Shown here: positions 1 to 13,310 of the stretch, piece by piece
Position numbering within the stretch: position 1 is the stretch's first letter
How the letters are laid out: each line of letters starts with the position of its first letter
Assembly: GCA_947452525.1 (NCBI GenBank)
Contig: CANGCW010000001.1
Span: 1 to 42,451 of the forward strand
DNA: 42,451 nt
Direction: 5' to 3'
Source: Actinomycetota bacterium
GTDB lineage: Bacteria > Actinomycetota > Actinomycetes > Nanopelagicales > Nanopelagicaceae
The notes under the pieces: generated by a model
What the model was told of the DNA's origin: nothing
The model's database searches: none
Seen by the model: only the letters and a program-made list of their open reading frames with translations
Program-made: the position numbers and the translations under genes

Positions 1-89
1 CCAACACGGCTTCCACGAATCGCACTACCTGCCACTATGCACCAACCTTCATATCACTACTTCAGATTACAGAAATTAAATTAAAGGTC

Positions 90-320
90 TTACTTCTTGA
101 GGTAGAGACCGAGCGCAACAACCGCTGCGAACCAGAGGCCGCCGACGATGATCGTGATGCGGTCGAGGTTACGCTCGACGACAGAGGATCCGCCATAGTT
201 TGAGGAGATTCCGCCGCCAAAGAGGTCTGAGAGGCCTGAGCCCTTACCCTTATGTAAGAGGACCAACATGATCATGAGAACGCTGGTGATGATCAGGATG
301 ATCGAGAGAGCTAGAACCAC
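90..320 (-). CDS. secG: preprotein translocase subunit SecG
   Basis: 76-aa ORF with two hydrophobic helices flanking a Gly-rich loop (KGKGSGLSDLFGGG). GTG start with GGAG 8 nt upstream. Last gene of the conserved actinobacterial gap-pgk-tpiA-secG cluster. Confidence 0.9.
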   Translation of the reverse strand: MVLALSIILIITSVLMIMLVLLHKGKGSGLSDLFGGGISSNYGGSSVVERNLDRITIIVGGLWFAAVVALGLYLKK

Positions 321-377
321 GAAATTTCTCCAAACGTAAGGTCAATCTACCTACTTAAGTACAGGGGCAAGAATAGC

Positions 378-1160
378 CTATGCGGTGGCTGCGAATCTGT
401 GGAACTTGGCGATTCGGGCGAACTCCTCGGGATCTAGGCTCGCTCCACCCACGAGGACGCCATCGACATCCTCCTGCTTCATGATTTCGACGATATTTCC
501 AGACTTAACAGAGCCACCGTAGAGGATGCGGGCAGCTGCAGCGATATCGGCAGAGCCAATCTTCGATAGCTCCACGCGGATAGCTGCACAGACCTCCTGA
601 GCATCTTCCGGTGTCGCGGTCTTTCCGGTGCCGATGGCCCAGACTGGCTCGTAAGCGAAGACAATCTTCTTTAGCTCAGGCTTATGGAATCCCTGAAGTC
701 CATTACGGACCTGCTCCAAGACATGTTCAACATGTGTACCCGCTTCGCGGATAGAGAGCTCCTCGCCGATGCAGAAGATAGGGGTGATCTCGTTAGCCAG
801 TGCGGCTTTGATCTTTGAGTTAACAACCTGGTCGCTCTCGCTATGGATTGCGCGACGCTCTGAGTGGCCAACTGCAACATAGGTGCAACCAAGCTTTGCA
901 AGCATGGAGCCGGAGATATCACCTGTGAATGCGCCAGACACGTCAGGAGAGAGATCTTGTGCGCCATAGGTAAGGCGAAGGCGATCGCCGTCGACGAGGG
1001 TCTGAATAGAACGAATATCGGTGAATGGCGGAAGAATCGTTACATCAACTGCATCGTAATCTTTATCATCGAGCGAGTAAGAGAGCTTCTGAGTCACAGC
1101 GATAGCCTCGAGATGATTGAGATTCATCTTCCAGTTTCCAGCAATAAGTGGCTTACGCAT
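378..1160 (-). CDS. tpiA: triose-phosphate isomerase
   Basis: 260 aa with N-terminal AGNWKMN and catalytic loop [14 protein letters not shown] preceded by an AGGGGA SD. Confidence 0.97.
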   Translation of the reverse strand: MRKPLIAGNWKMNLNHLEAIAVTQKLSYSLDDKDYDAVDVTILPPFTDIRSIQTLVDGDRLRLTYGAQDLSPDVSGAFTGDISGSMLAKLGCTYVAVGHSERRAIHSESDQVVNSKIKAALANEITPIFCIGEELSIREAGTHVEHVLEQVRNGLQGFHKPELKKIVFAYEPVWAIGTGKTATPEDAQEVCAAIRVELSKIGSADIAAAARILYGGSVKSGNIVEIMKQEDVDGVLVGGASLDPEEFARIAKFHRFAATA

Positions 1161-1213
1161 TACATTCCCCTATTCGTGATTGATAAAACTTCAGATACAT
1201 GAAATCTTGCGAA

Positions 1214-2386
1214 CTAAGCGAGTACTGAGATTCCTGGCAGGTCCTTGCCCTCTAGATACTCGAGCGAGGCTCCCCCGCCGGTTGAGATGTAACCGAATTG
1301 CGAATCAGCGAAGCCAAGTGCACGCACTGCTGCAGCAGAGTCGCCGCCGCCGACTACAGAGATTCCAGTGACCTTGGTCAACGCTTCAGCAACAACCTTG
1401 GTACCTGCTGCAAAGTTAGGAAATTCGAAGACGCCCATGGGGCCGTTCCAGAAGATTGTCTTGCACTCTGTGATTGCGGCCGCGAAAGCCTTTGCGCTCT
1501 CTGGTCCAATATCAAGACCGAGCTGATCGGTTGGCATTGCATATGCTGAGACAACGGTCGCAGGAGCAGATGCAGAGAACTCTGGCGCAACTGCGATATC
1601 TGTTGGAAGAAGAAGTTTCACTCCGAGCTTCTCAGCACGAACCATGATCTCTTTCACTGTTGGCAGTAGGTCATCCTCAACGAGTGACTTTCCAATCTCA
1701 TAACCCTGAGCTTTGAGAAAGGTGAAGAGCATTCCTCCGCCAATAGCGAGAAGATTGACCTTATCGAGGAGATTCTCAATAACACCGATCTTGTCAGAGA
1801 CCTTCGCGCCCCCGAGCACAACGCCATATGGGCGATCAGGGTTCTCTGTTAACTTCTTCAAAACTTCAATCTCTGCAGCAACGAGCTTTCCCGGTGCAGA
1901 TGGAAGCAACTTCGCTACATCGTAGACAGAAGCATGCTTGCGGTGAACTGCACCGAACCCATCTGAGATAAAGATATCGGCATAGGAGGCTAACTCTTTC
2001 GCGAGAGTCTGACGCTCCGCCTCATCCTTACTTGTCTCCGCTGCTTCATAGCGAATATTTTCAAGGAGAAGAACTTCGCCCGCTTGGAGCGAGGAGAGAT
2101 CTGCCCCAACGATCGCAGATGAGAACTTCACTGGTGAACCAAGGAGTTCACTCAAACGAACTGAGACCGGCTGGAGTGAGAGCTCCGGCTTACGCTCTCC
2201 TTTCGGGCGGCCGAGGTGAGCTGTGATGACGACAGATGCGCCCTTGCTTACCAAATATTGAATAGTTGGAAGAGATGCTCGAATCCTTCCATCGTCGCCG
2301 ATAACGCCATCCTTAATAGGGACGTTAAGGTCGCAACGGAGTAGAACTCGCTTGCCGGTGAAATCGAAGGATTCGAGCGTCTTCAT
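1214..2386 (-). CDS. pgk: phosphoglycerate kinase
   Basis: 390 aa with [17 protein letters not shown] and [11 protein letters not shown] motifs. ATG at 2386; an in-frame TTG at 2389 directly abuts the gap stop codon (TAA-TTG-ATG). Confidence 0.97.
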   Translation of the reverse strand: MKTLESFDFTGKRVLLRCDLNVPIKDGVIGDDGRIRASLPTIQYLVSKGASVVITAHLGRPKGERKPELSLQPVSVRLSELLGSPVKFSSAIVGADLSSLQAGEVLLLENIRYEAAETSKDEAERQTLAKELASYADIFISDGFGAVHRKHASVYDVAKLLPSAPGKLVAAEIEVLKKLTENPDRPYGVVLGGAKVSDKIGVIENLLDKVNLLAIGGGMLFTFLKAQGYEIGKSLVEDDLLPTVKEIMVRAEKLGVKLLLPTDIAVAPEFSASAPATVVSAYAMPTDQLGLDIGPESAKAFAAAITECKTIFWNGPMGVFEFPNFAAGTKVVAEALTKVTGISVVGGGDSAAAVRALGFADSQFGYISTGGGASLEYLEGKDLPGISVLA

Positions 2387-2389
2387 CAA

Positions 2390-3406
<1,017 letters not shown>

Positions 3407-3618
3407 TTAAGAGTCCACGTGGCTGATTTGCCTGGAGTGGATTGGACTGGTTACTTGTGTAGTTCTTCCGGGGCCCTGCGCTCAAAGAGTTCTGCCGGGC
3501 GCTCACCGTTGGGAGCTACTTCATCCACAACGCTGTGATGAGTGAATCTTACCAGCCGACCCTCTCGAGACGGCCTCCTTTACTGCGCTCTGGCTCACTC
3601 TCTCCCTGAAATAGCAGC

Positions 3619-4599
3619 CTATTCAGCCAACATCTCTGGGCTGAGCCCCGCCTCAGTATCGGGAATACCGAGATCCTGGGCACGCTTATCAGCCATTGCT
3701 AAGAGGCGACGGATTCGACCGGCGATCGCATCCTTTGTCATCGGTGGCGAGGCGAGAGTTCCAAGTTCTTCCAGGCTTGCCTGTCCATGTTGAATGCGGA
3801 GCTCCCCTGCCTCTTTGAGGTGGAGTGGAATCTCTTCCCCGAGGATCTCCATTGCGCGGGCGACCCGAGCAGATGCTGCAACCGCTGCACGAGCAGAGCG
3901 ACGTAGATTTGCATCGTCAAAATTAGCAAGTCGATTTGCGGTAGCGCGCACTTCGCGACGCATTCTTCGTTCCTCCCACGCGAGAACGCTCTCGTGTGCA
4001 CCAAGTCGGGTAAGGAGCGCACCGATTGCATCGCCGTCGCGAATCACGACGCGATCAACGCTACGTACCTCACGTGCCTTTGCACTGATCTCAAGACGAC
4101 GAGCCGCGCCAACAAGGGCGAGCGCCGCCTCGGGACCAGGGCAGGTGATTTCAAGAGCAGAGGAGCGGCCCGGTTCGGTCAATGAACCGTGGGCCAAGAA
4201 GGCGCCACGCCATGCTGCCTCTGCATCGCAGACACCAGCCGAGACAACCTGTGGCGGAAGTCCGCGGATGGGGCGGTTGCTTGCATCAATAAGACCAGTC
4301 TGGCGGGCAAGCGCATCGCCATCGGATGTGACGCGAACCAGATAACGGCTGCCCTTGCGGATTCCTGACGCAGAGAGAACGGCTAACTCGGATTCGTGGC
4401 CGAAGATTTCTGCAATATCTCGCCGGAGACGTCGGGCAGTCTGCGCAGTATCAAGTTCGACCTCAATAACAATCTGACCTGCGGTGATGTGGAGTCCGCC
4501 AGCGAACCGAAGTAGCGAAGAGACCTCAGCTTTTCGACAGCACGGCTTTGTTACTACGAGCCTACTGAGCTCATCTTTTACACTCGCCGTCATTGCCAT
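3619..4599 (-). CDS. whiA: DNA-binding sporulation/cell-division regulator WhiA
   Basis: 326 aa. N-terminus [14 protein letters not shown], central [17 protein letters not shown], and C-terminal HTH region ([16 protein letters not shown] ... [16 protein letters not shown]) are collinear with mycobacterial WhiA as I remember it. Confidence 0.95.
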   Translation of the reverse strand: MAMTASVKDELSRLVVTKPCCRKAEVSSLLRFAGGLHITAGQIVIEVELDTAQTARRLRRDIAEIFGHESELAVLSASGIRKGSRYLVRVTSDGDALARQTGLIDASNRPIRGLPPQVVSAGVCDAEAAWRGAFLAHGSLTEPGRSSALEITCPGPEAALALVGAARRLEISAKAREVRSVDRVVIRDGDAIGALLTRLGAHESVLAWEERRMRREVRATANRLANFDDANLRRSARAAVAASARVARAMEILGEEIPLHLKEAGELRIQHGQASLEELGTLASPPMTKDAIAGRIRRLLAMADKRAQDLGIPDTEAGLSPEMLAE

Positions 4600-4603
4600 G
4601 GCG

Positions 4604-5563
4604 TTATCTAAGCAGGGTTGCGTTAAAAATGTGGCTCAAAGCGAGAGTTAATTTATTAACATCGTGATGGATCGCCTCTTTTGCGCTTCTGAGATCCGAA
4701 ACGATGACCTTTCCACCGCAACTCTCAACCACTTCTTTAAGGTCGCTCAACTGCTCTTCAGTTGCAACTGAGTGAGAATCCACGAGCGCATAATCAACGG
4801 TGAGAGATGGGGCATGCTGCAACATCAATCGGAGGTGATCTGCGGTTGATGAACCAGCAAACTCTTTGGCGCCGTGAGGCTCTGGCAGATTGAAGATAAC
4901 TATTTTCTTGGCAGCCGATGATGCAATCGCATCGGCCTCCTCCTTGAGAAGAAGGTGTGGCATTACACTCGAGAACCACGAACCTGGTCCGAAGGTAATC
5001 CAATCAGCCTCTGCGATGGCGCTTGCCGCTTCCGGCGTAAATCGTGGCGTTGAAGGAATGAGGGTGAGGGATTTAATCTCCCCCTTCGTCGTTGCAACCT
5101 GCACCTGGCCCTTTACCGAGCGCTCTACTCCATCGCAATCGAAAACCGCCTCGATATCGAGTGGGTCTAGGGCCATCGGTAGGACTCGGCCATCAATCTT
5201 GAGAAGTTGACCAACCTTGTCGATTCCTGTGACTGGATCGCCATCCCGATTCCATAGCGCCGAGAGCAAGAGATTTCCCAGCGCATGGCCATTCATCTCA
5301 CCTTCGCTGGTGAAACGATATTGAAGTATCTCTGCCCATCCTCTACCCCACTCATCCTCGGAGCAGAGCGCGGCGAGCGCCATACGCAAATCTCCAGGCG
5401 GAAGGAAGGAGAACTCTTCACGTAGTCGACCGCTAGATCCACCATTATCTGCAACGGTCACAATCGCGGTGATACGAGTTGTGAGTGAGCGAAGCGACTT
5501 CAATGTGGCGGCAAGTCCATGGCCACCACCAAGACTCACAACAGAAAGTTCAGATGAACTCAT
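4604..5563 (-). CDS. yvcK: YvcK/CuvA-family gluconeogenesis factor (UPF0052, CofD-like fold)
   Basis: 319 aa with SLGGGHGL and [13 protein letters not shown] motifs. Middle gene of the conserved rapZ-yvcK-whiA trio. Confidence 0.9.
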   Translation of the reverse strand: MSSSELSVVSLGGGHGLAATLKSLRSLTTRITAIVTVADNGGSSGRLREEFSFLPPGDLRMALAALCSEDEWGRGWAEILQYRFTSEGEMNGHALGNLLLSALWNRDGDPVTGIDKVGQLLKIDGRVLPMALDPLDIEAVFDCDGVERSVKGQVQVATTKGEIKSLTLIPSTPRFTPEAASAIAEADWITFGPGSWFSSVMPHLLLKEEADAIASSAAKKIVIFNLPEPHGAKEFAGSSTADHLRLMLQHAPSLTVDYALVDSHSVATEEQLSDLKEVVESCGGKVIVSDLRSAKEAIHHDVNKLTLALSHIFNATLLR

Positions 5564-5569
5564 GAATAG

Positions 5570-6445
5570 TTAAATCTCTCTTCCGAGATCGCGGTGGAGA
5601 GCATGCGCCTCAACTGTTCCACCAGGAAGTGTTGCCAAGCCGTTGAGACGTTGCGTTAGCTCTTCTGCAATCGCGACGCTTCGATGCTTTCCACCGGTGC
5701 AACCAATCGCGAGCGTTAAATACTTTCGGTTCTCAATGAAGAAGCCATCTGCCATGGTCTGAAATAGTTGAATATAACGCTCGAGAAAATCCTGAACATT
5801 CTTCGAACCGAGCACGGCATCACTCACGGGAGCATCAAGGCCATTCTGCGGACGAAGTTCTGGCACCCAATGTGGGTTGGCGATGAAGCGAACATCCACA
5901 ACGAGATCGGCATCAACTGGAATTCCATACTTATATCCAAAAGAGAGGACGTTAACTCTCAGATCCACCTCTGAATCTGTGTGGAATAGCTCCTCCACCT
6001 TATTCTCAAGTTGGTGGATGTTGAGAGCAGATGAGTCAATGACAATGTCGGCGATGGAACGAAGTTCTCGAAGGCGCTCTCGCTCCTTTGCGATTCCATC
6101 CACGATGCGGTCAGAGCCCTGCAAGGGATGAGGTCTGCGAGTTGATTCAAAGCGTCGAACCAGGACCTCGTCTGCCGCATCTACAAAGAGAATCTGGCGA
6201 GAGATCTTCTTCTCTGCCAACTCCGCAAGCGAGGTTGTAATCGCATCAAAGAATTGACGACCACGAACATCTACAACAATTGCAATCTTTGTAACTGAGG
6301 AGGAGGTGACATCAACAAGCTGCGGAAGCATTGATGGCGGGAGGTTATCGACGACATACCAACCGAGGTCCTCCATTGCATGAGCGATGGTTGAACGACC
6401 TGCTCCACTCATGCCCGTGAGCAAGAGGATTTCAGATGACGACAT
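5570..6445 (-). CDS. rapZ: RNase adapter / nucleotide-binding protein RapZ
   Basis: 291 aa with Walker A GMSGAGRST and the C-terminal CTGGKHRSV motif. Confidence 0.93.
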   Translation of the reverse strand: MSSSEILLLTGMSGAGRSTIAHAMEDLGWYVVDNLPPSMLPQLVDVTSSSVTKIAIVVDVRGRQFFDAITTSLAELAEKKISRQILFVDAADEVLVRRFESTRRPHPLQGSDRIVDGIAKERERLRELRSIADIVIDSSALNIHQLENKVEELFHTDSEVDLRVNVLSFGYKYGIPVDADLVVDVRFIANPHWVPELRPQNGLDAPVSDAVLGSKNVQDFLERYIQLFQTMADGFFIENRKYLTLAIGCTGGKHRSVAIAEELTQRLNGLATLPGGTVEAHALHRDLGREI

Positions 6446-6469
6446 AACTCCATCCTGCCGTACTTTTAC

Positions 6470-8380
6470 CTAACTATCTAGAATCTCGCCGGTCGCCATA
6501 TCTACTCCGGTTGCCTCAATCACTTGTAGATGCTCAAAGATGCTCTGGGCTACCTTCTCGCCAATTCCAGGTATTGCGGCAAGCTCCTCCGCCGTTGCTT
6601 TACGTATGGCAGTAACGGAGCCAAACCTCTCAAGGAGAGCACTGCGGCGCATCTCCCCCAATCCGGCGATCTCATCAAGAAGGGAGTCGAGCATTACCTT
6701 GGATCGCTTACTTCTGTGGAAGGTGATGGCAAACCTATGCGCTTCATCTCTCAACCGCTGAAGGAGATAGAGCGCTTCACTGTGACGTGGAAAGATGATC
6801 GGCTCATCTGAACCCGGTAACCAGACCTCTTCCAAACGCTTCGCCAATCCGCAGAGTGCGATATCTGTAATACCTAACTCCTCTAGAACGCGTGCAGCGG
6901 CCTCCACCTGTGGCTTTCCGCCATCAACAACAATGAGGTGTGGGGCGTAGGCAAATTTAGGGCGAGGTGCACCGATGCTTTCAAGATCGTTCATCTCAAC
7001 AGACTTCTCATCAAGGTATCTCTTCAATCGCCGAGTGAGAACCTGATGCATAGCCCTTGTATCGTCGAGCCGAGCTTCAGATTTAATAGAGAAGCGTCGA
7101 TATTCACTCTTCTTCGGTTGGCCATCCTCAAAGACAACCATTGAGGCGACCATATGTTCGCCCTGGATGTTAGAGATATCAAACGACTCCATACGAAGCG
7201 GTGGCTTATCTAGATCGAGATACTCCGCAATCTCTTCGAGGGCTCGACCGCTCACAGAGGAATCATTTGCGCGCTTACTGAGATAGCGAATAAGTGCTTG
7301 ATGCGCATTCCGCTCAACAGTCTGAATAAGCTCAAACTTCTCACCACGCTTGGGGACAGAGATCTTAACTCGCCGACCCGCGCTCTCAGAGAGCCAATTC
7401 TCGTAATCTGAAAAACTACTCTCCTCTCTATCCACGAAAATCTCAGCAGGTGGTTCAAATTCGCGATAGATCTTGGCGAGGACACTTGCGATGACATCCT
7501 CCCCCTCGAGAACTTTCTCGAGTTCAATAACCCACGACCTAGAACCAACAACGCGACCAGAGCGCACGATGAAGAGCGTTGCTGCTGCATGCGTTATCTC
7601 CTCATGCACGGCTATAAAGTCTCCGCTCACGCCTTCAGCAAGGGTTCCAGCTGTTGACTCCGAGGCCTTGCTGAGCGCCGCAATCTGATCACGAACCCGA
7701 CCCGCTCTTTCGAACTCTTGGGAGGCGGCAGCATCGCGCATCTCCTTCTCGAGCGTCTCGATAATCTCTTCTGGCTTACGCTCCAAGAAATTAATCAACT
7801 TTAACGCTTCAGATTTATGCTCCTCGGGGGTTACCCATCCAACGCAAGGTGCAGAACATTTACCGATATCGCCGTAGAGACATTGTCGGTTACTCCGCTT
7901 CGCCTTCTGAAAATTACTCTCAGAACAACTACGGATCGGAAAGAGTTTTATTAGGGTGTCGAGAGTGCTCCGAAGCGCCCATGCATGCGCATACGGCCCG
8001 AAGTAACGATTTCCTTTCCGCTTCTTCTCACGGGAGATGAAGATCCGCGGATACTCTTCTGAGATCGAGACTGCTAAATATGGATAACTTTTATCATCCT
8101 TAAATTGCACATTGAACTCAGGGTTCTCGCTCTTAATCCAGGTGAACTCGAGTTGCAGAGCTTCGACTTCGCTCTTAACGATGGTCCAATCCACCCGCAC
8201 GGCCGTATGCACCATGCGATAGGTCTTCTCGCCCAGGTTCTTCTGGAAGTACGAACTGAGGCGATTCTTGAGATTCTTCGCCTTACCCACGTAGATAACT
8301 CGATCGTTTGCATCAAAGAAGCGGTAGACGCCGGGGTCACTCGGAATTGAATCCGGGCGATAATCCGATGGGTTGCTCAT
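6470..8380 (-). CDS. uvrC: excinuclease ABC subunit C
   Basis: 636 aa with a GIY-YIG N-terminus (GVYRFFD...VIYVGKAKNLKNRL), a UVR motif (EFERAGRVRDQI), and a C-terminal HhH region (LAAIPGIGEKVAQSI). Confidence 0.97.
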   Translation of the reverse strand: MSNPSDYRPDSIPSDPGVYRFFDANDRVIYVGKAKNLKNRLSSYFQKNLGEKTYRMVHTAVRVDWTIVKSEVEALQLEFTWIKSENPEFNVQFKDDKSYPYLAVSISEEYPRIFISREKKRKGNRYFGPYAHAWALRSTLDTLIKLFPIRSCSESNFQKAKRSNRQCLYGDIGKCSAPCVGWVTPEEHKSEALKLINFLERKPEEIIETLEKEMRDAAASQEFERAGRVRDQIAALSKASESTAGTLAEGVSGDFIAVHEEITHAAATLFIVRSGRVVGSRSWVIELEKVLEGEDVIASVLAKIYREFEPPAEIFVDREESSFSDYENWLSESAGRRVKISVPKRGEKFELIQTVERNAHQALIRYLSKRANDSSVSGRALEEIAEYLDLDKPPLRMESFDISNIQGEHMVASMVVFEDGQPKKSEYRRFSIKSEARLDDTRAMHQVLTRRLKRYLDEKSVEMNDLESIGAPRPKFAYAPHLIVVDGGKPQVEAAARVLEELGITDIALCGLAKRLEEVWLPGSDEPIIFPRHSEALYLLQRLRDEAHRFAITFHRSKRSKVMLDSLLDEIAGLGEMRRSALLERFGSVTAIRKATAEELAAIPGIGEKVAQSIFEHLQVIEATGVDMATGEILDS

Positions 8381-8388
8381 GGCAGAAG

Positions 8389-11247
8389 TTACTTCTTCTT
8401 TGTAAGCATGGGAGCCAGGAACTTGCCCGTATAGCTCTCCTTGACCTTCACGATATCTTCAGGGGTTCCCTCAGCGATAACCGTTCCGCCGCCGGAGCCA
8501 CCCTCTGGGCCCATATCGATGACCCAGTCCGCGCACTTAATCACATCGAGGTTGTGTTCGATCACGACAACGGTGTTTCCAGTGTCAACGAGACGATTGA
8601 GAACGAGCAGTAACTTACGGACATCTTCGAAGTGAAGGCCAGTTGTAGGTTCATCGAGAACGTAGATGGTTCGACCAGTGGATCGACGTTGGAGTTCAGT
8701 GGCAAGCTTTACGCGCTGCGCTTCACCGCCCGAGAGCGTTGGTGCTGATTGACCCAAACGAACATATCCAAGGCCGACATCAGTGAGAGTTTGCAGATAG
8801 CGAGCAATTGCTGGGACAGCCTCGAAGAATGTGCTCGCCTCCTCAATCGGCATATCTAGAACTTGTGCGATTGTCTTGCCCTTGTAATGCACCTCAAGTG
8901 TCTCGCGGTTATACCGAGCGCCGTGGCAAACTTCGCACGGAACATAGACATCTGGAAGGAAGTTCATCTCAATTGTGATTGTGCCGTCACCTGCACAGTT
9001 CTCGCAGCGCCCTCCCTTAACATTGAAGGAGAAGCGCCCCTGCTGATAACCGCGAATCTTCGCCTCTGCAGTCTCAGCAAAGAGACCACGAATTTTGTCG
9101 AAGACGCCTGTGTATGTCGCAGGATTTGAACGAGGAGTACGGCCAATTGGGGATTGATCCACGTGGACAACCTTGTCGAGATTCTCCAGACCTGAGATAG
9201 AGCGGTGACGACCTGGGACAATACGTGCGCCATTGAGTTTATTTGCGAGCACTGAATAGAGAATGTCGTTGACGAGGGTTGATTTACCCGAACCACTTAC
9301 GCCAGTAACTGCAACGAAATTTCCAAGCGGAATGGAGACAGTTACATTTTTAAGATTATTCTCTTTCGCATCCTTAATTGTGATGGTGCGAGCCTTCTCC
9401 TGTGGTCGGCGCTTCTCCGGCTTTGCAATCGAGACTCGGCCAGAGAGGTAATCACCTGTCACGGAGTTAGGGGCGGTGATAAGCGCCTGGTAATCGCCAG
9501 AAGAGACGACTACTCCTCCGTGTTCACCAGCGCCAGGACCGATATCAACAATCCAATCTGCTGTGCGAATGGTGTCCTCATCATGCTCCACAACGATAAG
9601 CGTGTTCCCTAAATCGCGGAGGCGAACCAGAGTCTCAATCAGGCGCTTATTGTCACGTTGATGGAGTCCGATACTTGGCTCATCCAGAACATAGAGAACG
9701 CCAACCAAGCCAGAGCCGATCTGAGTTGCAAGTCGAATACGTTGCGCCTCTCCGCCCGAAAGCGTCCCAGCGGAGCGAGCCAGCGAGAGGTAATCCAGAC
9801 CAACATCGAGCAGGAAGCCAAGACGAGCATTTACTTCTTTCAAAACGCGGTCAGCGATCTTCTTCTCGCGAGCGTTGAGAGATAGCTTCTTCAAAAAGTC
9901 AGCACACTCATAGATGGAGAGATCAACAACCTGCGCGATGCTCTTTCCGCCGAGTGTGACGGCAAGGACTTCTGGCTTGAGACGCGCCCCGTTACAGACG
10001 GGGCACGGGGTCTCACGCATGTACGCCTCGAACTTATCGCGGCCATACTCGCCCTCGCTCTCGGAGTGGCGGCGGACGATAAATGGCTTTACGCCTTCAA
10101 ATCCCGTTGAGTAGGCGCGTTCGCGACCGTAACGATTCTTATACTTCACATGCACTTCATAATCCCAGCCATTGAGAAGAGCATCTTTTGCCTTAACGGA
10201 GAGCTTCTTCCAAGGCAGATCGAGCGAGAACTTCAACTCCTTGCTGAGACCCTCAAGGAGCCGATCGAAGTATTCAGAGTTACCCCACGGCGCGATCGCA
10301 CCTTCGTTGATTGAAATTGAGTCGTCTGGGATGACGAGCTCATCATCAACTTCCAACTTAGTACCGAGGCCCGTGCACTCTGGACAGGCGCCGAATGGTG
10401 AGTTAAATGAGAAAGAACGTGGTTCGAGCTCTTCAAAAGAGAGTTCGCAATCGTGACAAGCCATATGTTCGCTATAGGTGCGCAGTTTCTCTGGATCATC
10501 AGCTTTCGCATCAACAAAATCCAGCTGCACCAAGCCATTTGCTAACTTCAGAGCCGTCTCAATCGAATCGGTGAGGCGACCCTTTGCATCTGCCTTTACC
10601 GCTAACCGATCTACTACAACATCGATGGTGTGCTTCTCTTGCTTCTTTAACTTTGGGACCTCTGCAATGGGATACACAACGCCATCGATCCGGACGCGAG
10701 AGAAACCCTGAATTGTGAACTCTTTGAAGAGATCGAGGAACTCACCCTTTCGTGCGCGTACAACCGGGGCGAGGACGAGGAACTTCTCCCCCTCGGCGAG
10801 GGTCAGAATCTGGTCAACGATATTTTGTGGCGTCTGCTTGGTAATCGACTTTCCGCAGTTTGGGCAATGAGGGCGACCTGCGCGCGCAAAGAGAAGACGG
10901 AGATAGTCATAGACCTCGGTAATTGTTCCCACCGTTGAGCGAGGATTTCTATTGGTGGATTTCTGATCAATCGAAACAGCTGGCGAAAGCCCCTCAATAA
11001 AATCTACATCAGGCTTATCCATCTGCCCAAGGAATTGGCGCGCATAAGCAGAGAGTGACTCCACATAACGACGCTGACCCTCCGCGAAGATAGTGTCGAA
11101 AGCAAGCGATGACTTTCCGGACCCAGAGAGGCCCGTAAAGACGATGAGTGAGTTACGTGGGAGGTCGAGTGAGACATTCTTCAGGTTGTGCTCTCGCGCA
11201 CCTCGGATTACGAGACGCTCCTCGCCATTTTCGCGCAATGAACTCAT
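8389..11247 (-). CDS. uvrA: excinuclease ABC subunit A
   Basis: 952 aa. Duplicated ABC ATPase with P-loops [12 protein letters not shown] and [11 protein letters not shown] and two LSGGE signatures. CxxC zinc modules are present. The ATG overlaps the uvrB stop (ATGA). Confidence 0.98.
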   Translation of the reverse strand: MSSLRENGEERLVIRGAREHNLKNVSLDLPRNSLIVFTGLSGSGKSSLAFDTIFAEGQRRYVESLSAYARQFLGQMDKPDVDFIEGLSPAVSIDQKSTNRNPRSTVGTITEVYDYLRLLFARAGRPHCPNCGKSITKQTPQNIVDQILTLAEGEKFLVLAPVVRARKGEFLDLFKEFTIQGFSRVRIDGVVYPIAEVPKLKKQEKHTIDVVVDRLAVKADAKGRLTDSIETALKLANGLVQLDFVDAKADDPEKLRTYSEHMACHDCELSFEELEPRSFSFNSPFGACPECTGLGTKLEVDDELVIPDDSISINEGAIAPWGNSEYFDRLLEGLSKELKFSLDLPWKKLSVKAKDALLNGWDYEVHVKYKNRYGRERAYSTGFEGVKPFIVRRHSESEGEYGRDKFEAYMRETPCPVCNGARLKPEVLAVTLGGKSIAQVVDLSIYECADFLKKLSLNAREKKIADRVLKEVNARLGFLLDVGLDYLSLARSAGTLSGGEAQRIRLATQIGSGLVGVLYVLDEPSIGLHQRDNKRLIETLVRLRDLGNTLIVVEHDEDTIRTADWIVDIGPGAGEHGGVVVSSGDYQALITAPNSVTGDYLSGRVSIAKPEKRRPQEKARTITIKDAKENNLKNVTVSIPLGNFVAVTGVSGSGKSTLVNDILYSVLANKLNGARIVPGRHRSISGLENLDKVVHVDQSPIGRTPRSNPATYTGVFDKIRGLFAETAEAKIRGYQQGRFSFNVKGGRCENCAGDGTITIEMNFLPDVYVPCEVCHGARYNRETLEVHYKGKTIAQVLDMPIEEASTFFEAVPAIARYLQTLTDVGLGYVRLGQSAPTLSGGEAQRVKLATELQRRSTGRTIYVLDEPTTGLHFEDVRKLLLVLNRLVDTGNTVVVIEHNLDVIKCADWVIDMGPEGGSGGGTVIAEGTPEDIVKVKESYTGKFLAPMLTKKK

Positions 11248-13310
11248 GCCTCTCCAGCCTCCATCTCGCGCAGTTCGCGCTTTAGATCTCTAATCTCATC
11301 GCGAAGTCGCGCTGCTAATTCAAAATGTAGATCAACAGCTGCTTGCTGCATCTGCTCCGTGAGGGATTCTATGAGAGCCATCAACTCTTGTCGTGGCAAT
11401 GAGAGAACGGCGCGCTTAGCGGCCCCCTTCGCACCCTTACTGGACTCCCTCGCCTTCAGATCATCGGTATCGTCAACCTCTTTAGCGATGAGGTCAGTGA
11501 TATCGGCAATCTTCTTTCGGAGCGCCTGTGGCTCAATTCCATTCTCGAGGTTGTAGGCGACCTGCTTCTCGCGACGACGATTAGTCTCATCAATCGCCTT
11601 TGCCATGGAGTCGGTCATATTGTCGGCATACATATGAACTTCGCCCGAGACGTTACGCGCAGCACGTCCAATCGTTTGAATGAGAGAGGTGGCCGAGCGG
11701 AGGAAACCCTCTTTATCTGCATCGAGGATTGCAACGAGCGAAACTTCAGGAAGATCGAGGCCTTCGCGGAGGAGATTGATACCGATGAGAACGTCATATT
11801 CACCCGAGCGGAGTTCGCGGAGCAGTTCAACGCGGCGGAGGGTATCTACCTCAGAGTGAAGATATCGAACCTTAATGTTGAGACCTAGGAGGTAATCTGT
11901 TAAATCCTCCGACATCTTCTTCGTCAACGTGGTAACAAGAACACGCTCATTCTTCTCAGCGCGGATATTAATCTCATGAACGAGGTCATCAATCTGACCT
12001 TTAATGGGCTTCACAATGATCTTTGGATCAATCAGACCGGTTGGACGGATTACTTGCTCCACCACATCGCCATTCACCTTCGCCATCTCATACTTGCCCG
12101 GCGTTGCGGAGAGATAGAGGGTCTGGCCTTTACGTTCGAGGAATTCATCGAAGCGGAGTGGCCGGTTATCCATTGCGCTAGGAAGTCTGAAGCCGTGCTC
12201 TACGAGCGTCCGCTTCCGCGAAGCATCACCCTCGTGCATCGCGCCAATCTGGGGAACGGTTACGTGCGACTCATCAATGACGACTAGGAAATCCTCTGGA
12301 AAGTAATCCAAGAGGCAGTGAGGTGGTGAACCCGCAGCGCGTCCATCGATATGGCGCGAGTAATTCTCGATACCAGAACAGAAGCCAAGTTGCTGAATCA
12401 TCTCAAGATCGAAGGTAGTACGCATCCGAAGACGTTGCGCCTCAAGGAGCTTATTCGACTTCTCGAATGTGGCTACTTGCTTCTCCATTTCTACGGAGAT
12501 ATCGGCCATTGCACGTTTCATCGTTTCCGGGCCAGCTGCGTAGTGGCTCGCCGGGAAGATATACATCTCCTCCTCTTCACGGACTACTTCACCAGTTAAC
12601 GGATGGAGCGTAAGAATGCGTTCAATCTCATCACCGAAGAACTCAACACGAACTGCTAACTCCTCATACATCGGAATGATTTCAACGGTATCTCCGCGAA
12701 CTCGGAATGTTCCGCGCTCGAAGGCCATATCGTTTCTCTTATATTGAATATCGACAAATTTGCGTAAGAGAGAATTACGTTCAATCTGCTCCCCCACTTT
12801 GAGGGAGATCATACGATCTACATACTCCTGTGGAGTTCCGAGGCCGTAGATGCATGAGACTGTTGCTACAACAATGACATCTCGGCGGGTGAGCAAGGAG
12901 TTCGTCGCAGAGTGGCGGAGGCGCTCAACTTCTGCGTTTACAGAGGAGTCCTTCTCGATAAAGGTATCGGATTGAGGGACGTAGGCCTCAGGTTGGTAAT
13001 AGTCGTAGTACGAGACAAAGTACTCAACCGCGTTATTAGGAAGCAATTCCCTAAACTCATTTGCTAACTGCGCGGCAAGGGTCTTGTTCGGAGCAAGCAC
13101 GAGAGTTGGCCGCTGCAGTTGCTCAATAAGCCACGCTGTTGTCGCGGACTTTCCTGTTCCCGTTGCGCCAAGAAGCACAACATCCTGGTCCCCGCGATTG
13201 ATGCGCTTAGTAATCTCCGCGATTGCAGCAGGTTGATCTCCAGAAGGTTTGTAATCACTAATGACCTCGAATGGGTTCACCTTGCGAGTAAGTGAGGTTA
13301 CCGCTCTCAT
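11244..13310 (-). CDS. uvrB: excinuclease ABC subunit B
   Basis: 688 aa with helicase motif I GATGTGKS, a DESH box, and a C-terminal UVR coiled coil ([15 protein letters not shown]). The ATG overlaps the coaE stop (ATGA). Confidence 0.98.
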   Translation of the reverse strand: MRAVTSLTRKVNPFEVISDYKPSGDQPAAIAEITKRINRGDQDVVLLGATGTGKSATTAWLIEQLQRPTLVLAPNKTLAAQLANEFRELLPNNAVEYFVSYYDYYQPEAYVPQSDTFIEKDSSVNAEVERLRHSATNSLLTRRDVIVVATVSCIYGLGTPQEYVDRMISLKVGEQIERNSLLRKFVDIQYKRNDMAFERGTFRVRGDTVEIIPMYEELAVRVEFFGDEIERILTLHPLTGEVVREEEEMYIFPASHYAAGPETMKRAMADISVEMEKQVATFEKSNKLLEAQRLRMRTTFDLEMIQQLGFCSGIENYSRHIDGRAAGSPPHCLLDYFPEDFLVVIDESHVTVPQIGAMHEGDASRKRTLVEHGFRLPSAMDNRPLRFDEFLERKGQTLYLSATPGKYEMAKVNGDVVEQVIRPTGLIDPKIIVKPIKGQIDDLVHEINIRAEKNERVLVTTLTKKMSEDLTDYLLGLNIKVRYLHSEVDTLRRVELLRELRSGEYDVLIGINLLREGLDLPEVSLVAILDADKEGFLRSATSLIQTIGRAARNVSGEVHMYADNMTDSMAKAIDETNRRREKQVAYNLENGIEPQALRKKIADITDLIAKEVDDTDDLKARESSKGAKGAAKRAVLSLPRQELMALIESLTEQMQQAAVDLHFELAARLRDEIRDLKRELREMEAGEA

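Noticed and set aside
1-89. A possible gene fragment at the left edge, either a minus-strand GTG at about position 29 or the open plus-strand frame.
   Set aside because: It is too short to evaluate. The open plus-strand frame simply continues antisense through secG, and no SD or motif supports either reading.
3542-3793. 83-aa plus-strand ORF starting in the whiA-gap intergenic region.
   Set aside because: Most of it runs antisense through the whiA C-terminus. It has no SD and low-complexity sequence.
3794-4345. 183-aa plus-strand ORF, together with similar long ORFs at 2928-3410, 15751-16326, 24774-25211, 30547-31017 and 37306-37749.
   Set aside because: All lie antisense to, or out of frame within, confidently identified genes (whiA, gap, MFS, pdtaR, gltB, trpC/trpB). 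Their products are Arg/Ser/Ala/Pro-rich and low in complexity, with no recognisable motifs. These are typical shadow ORFs.
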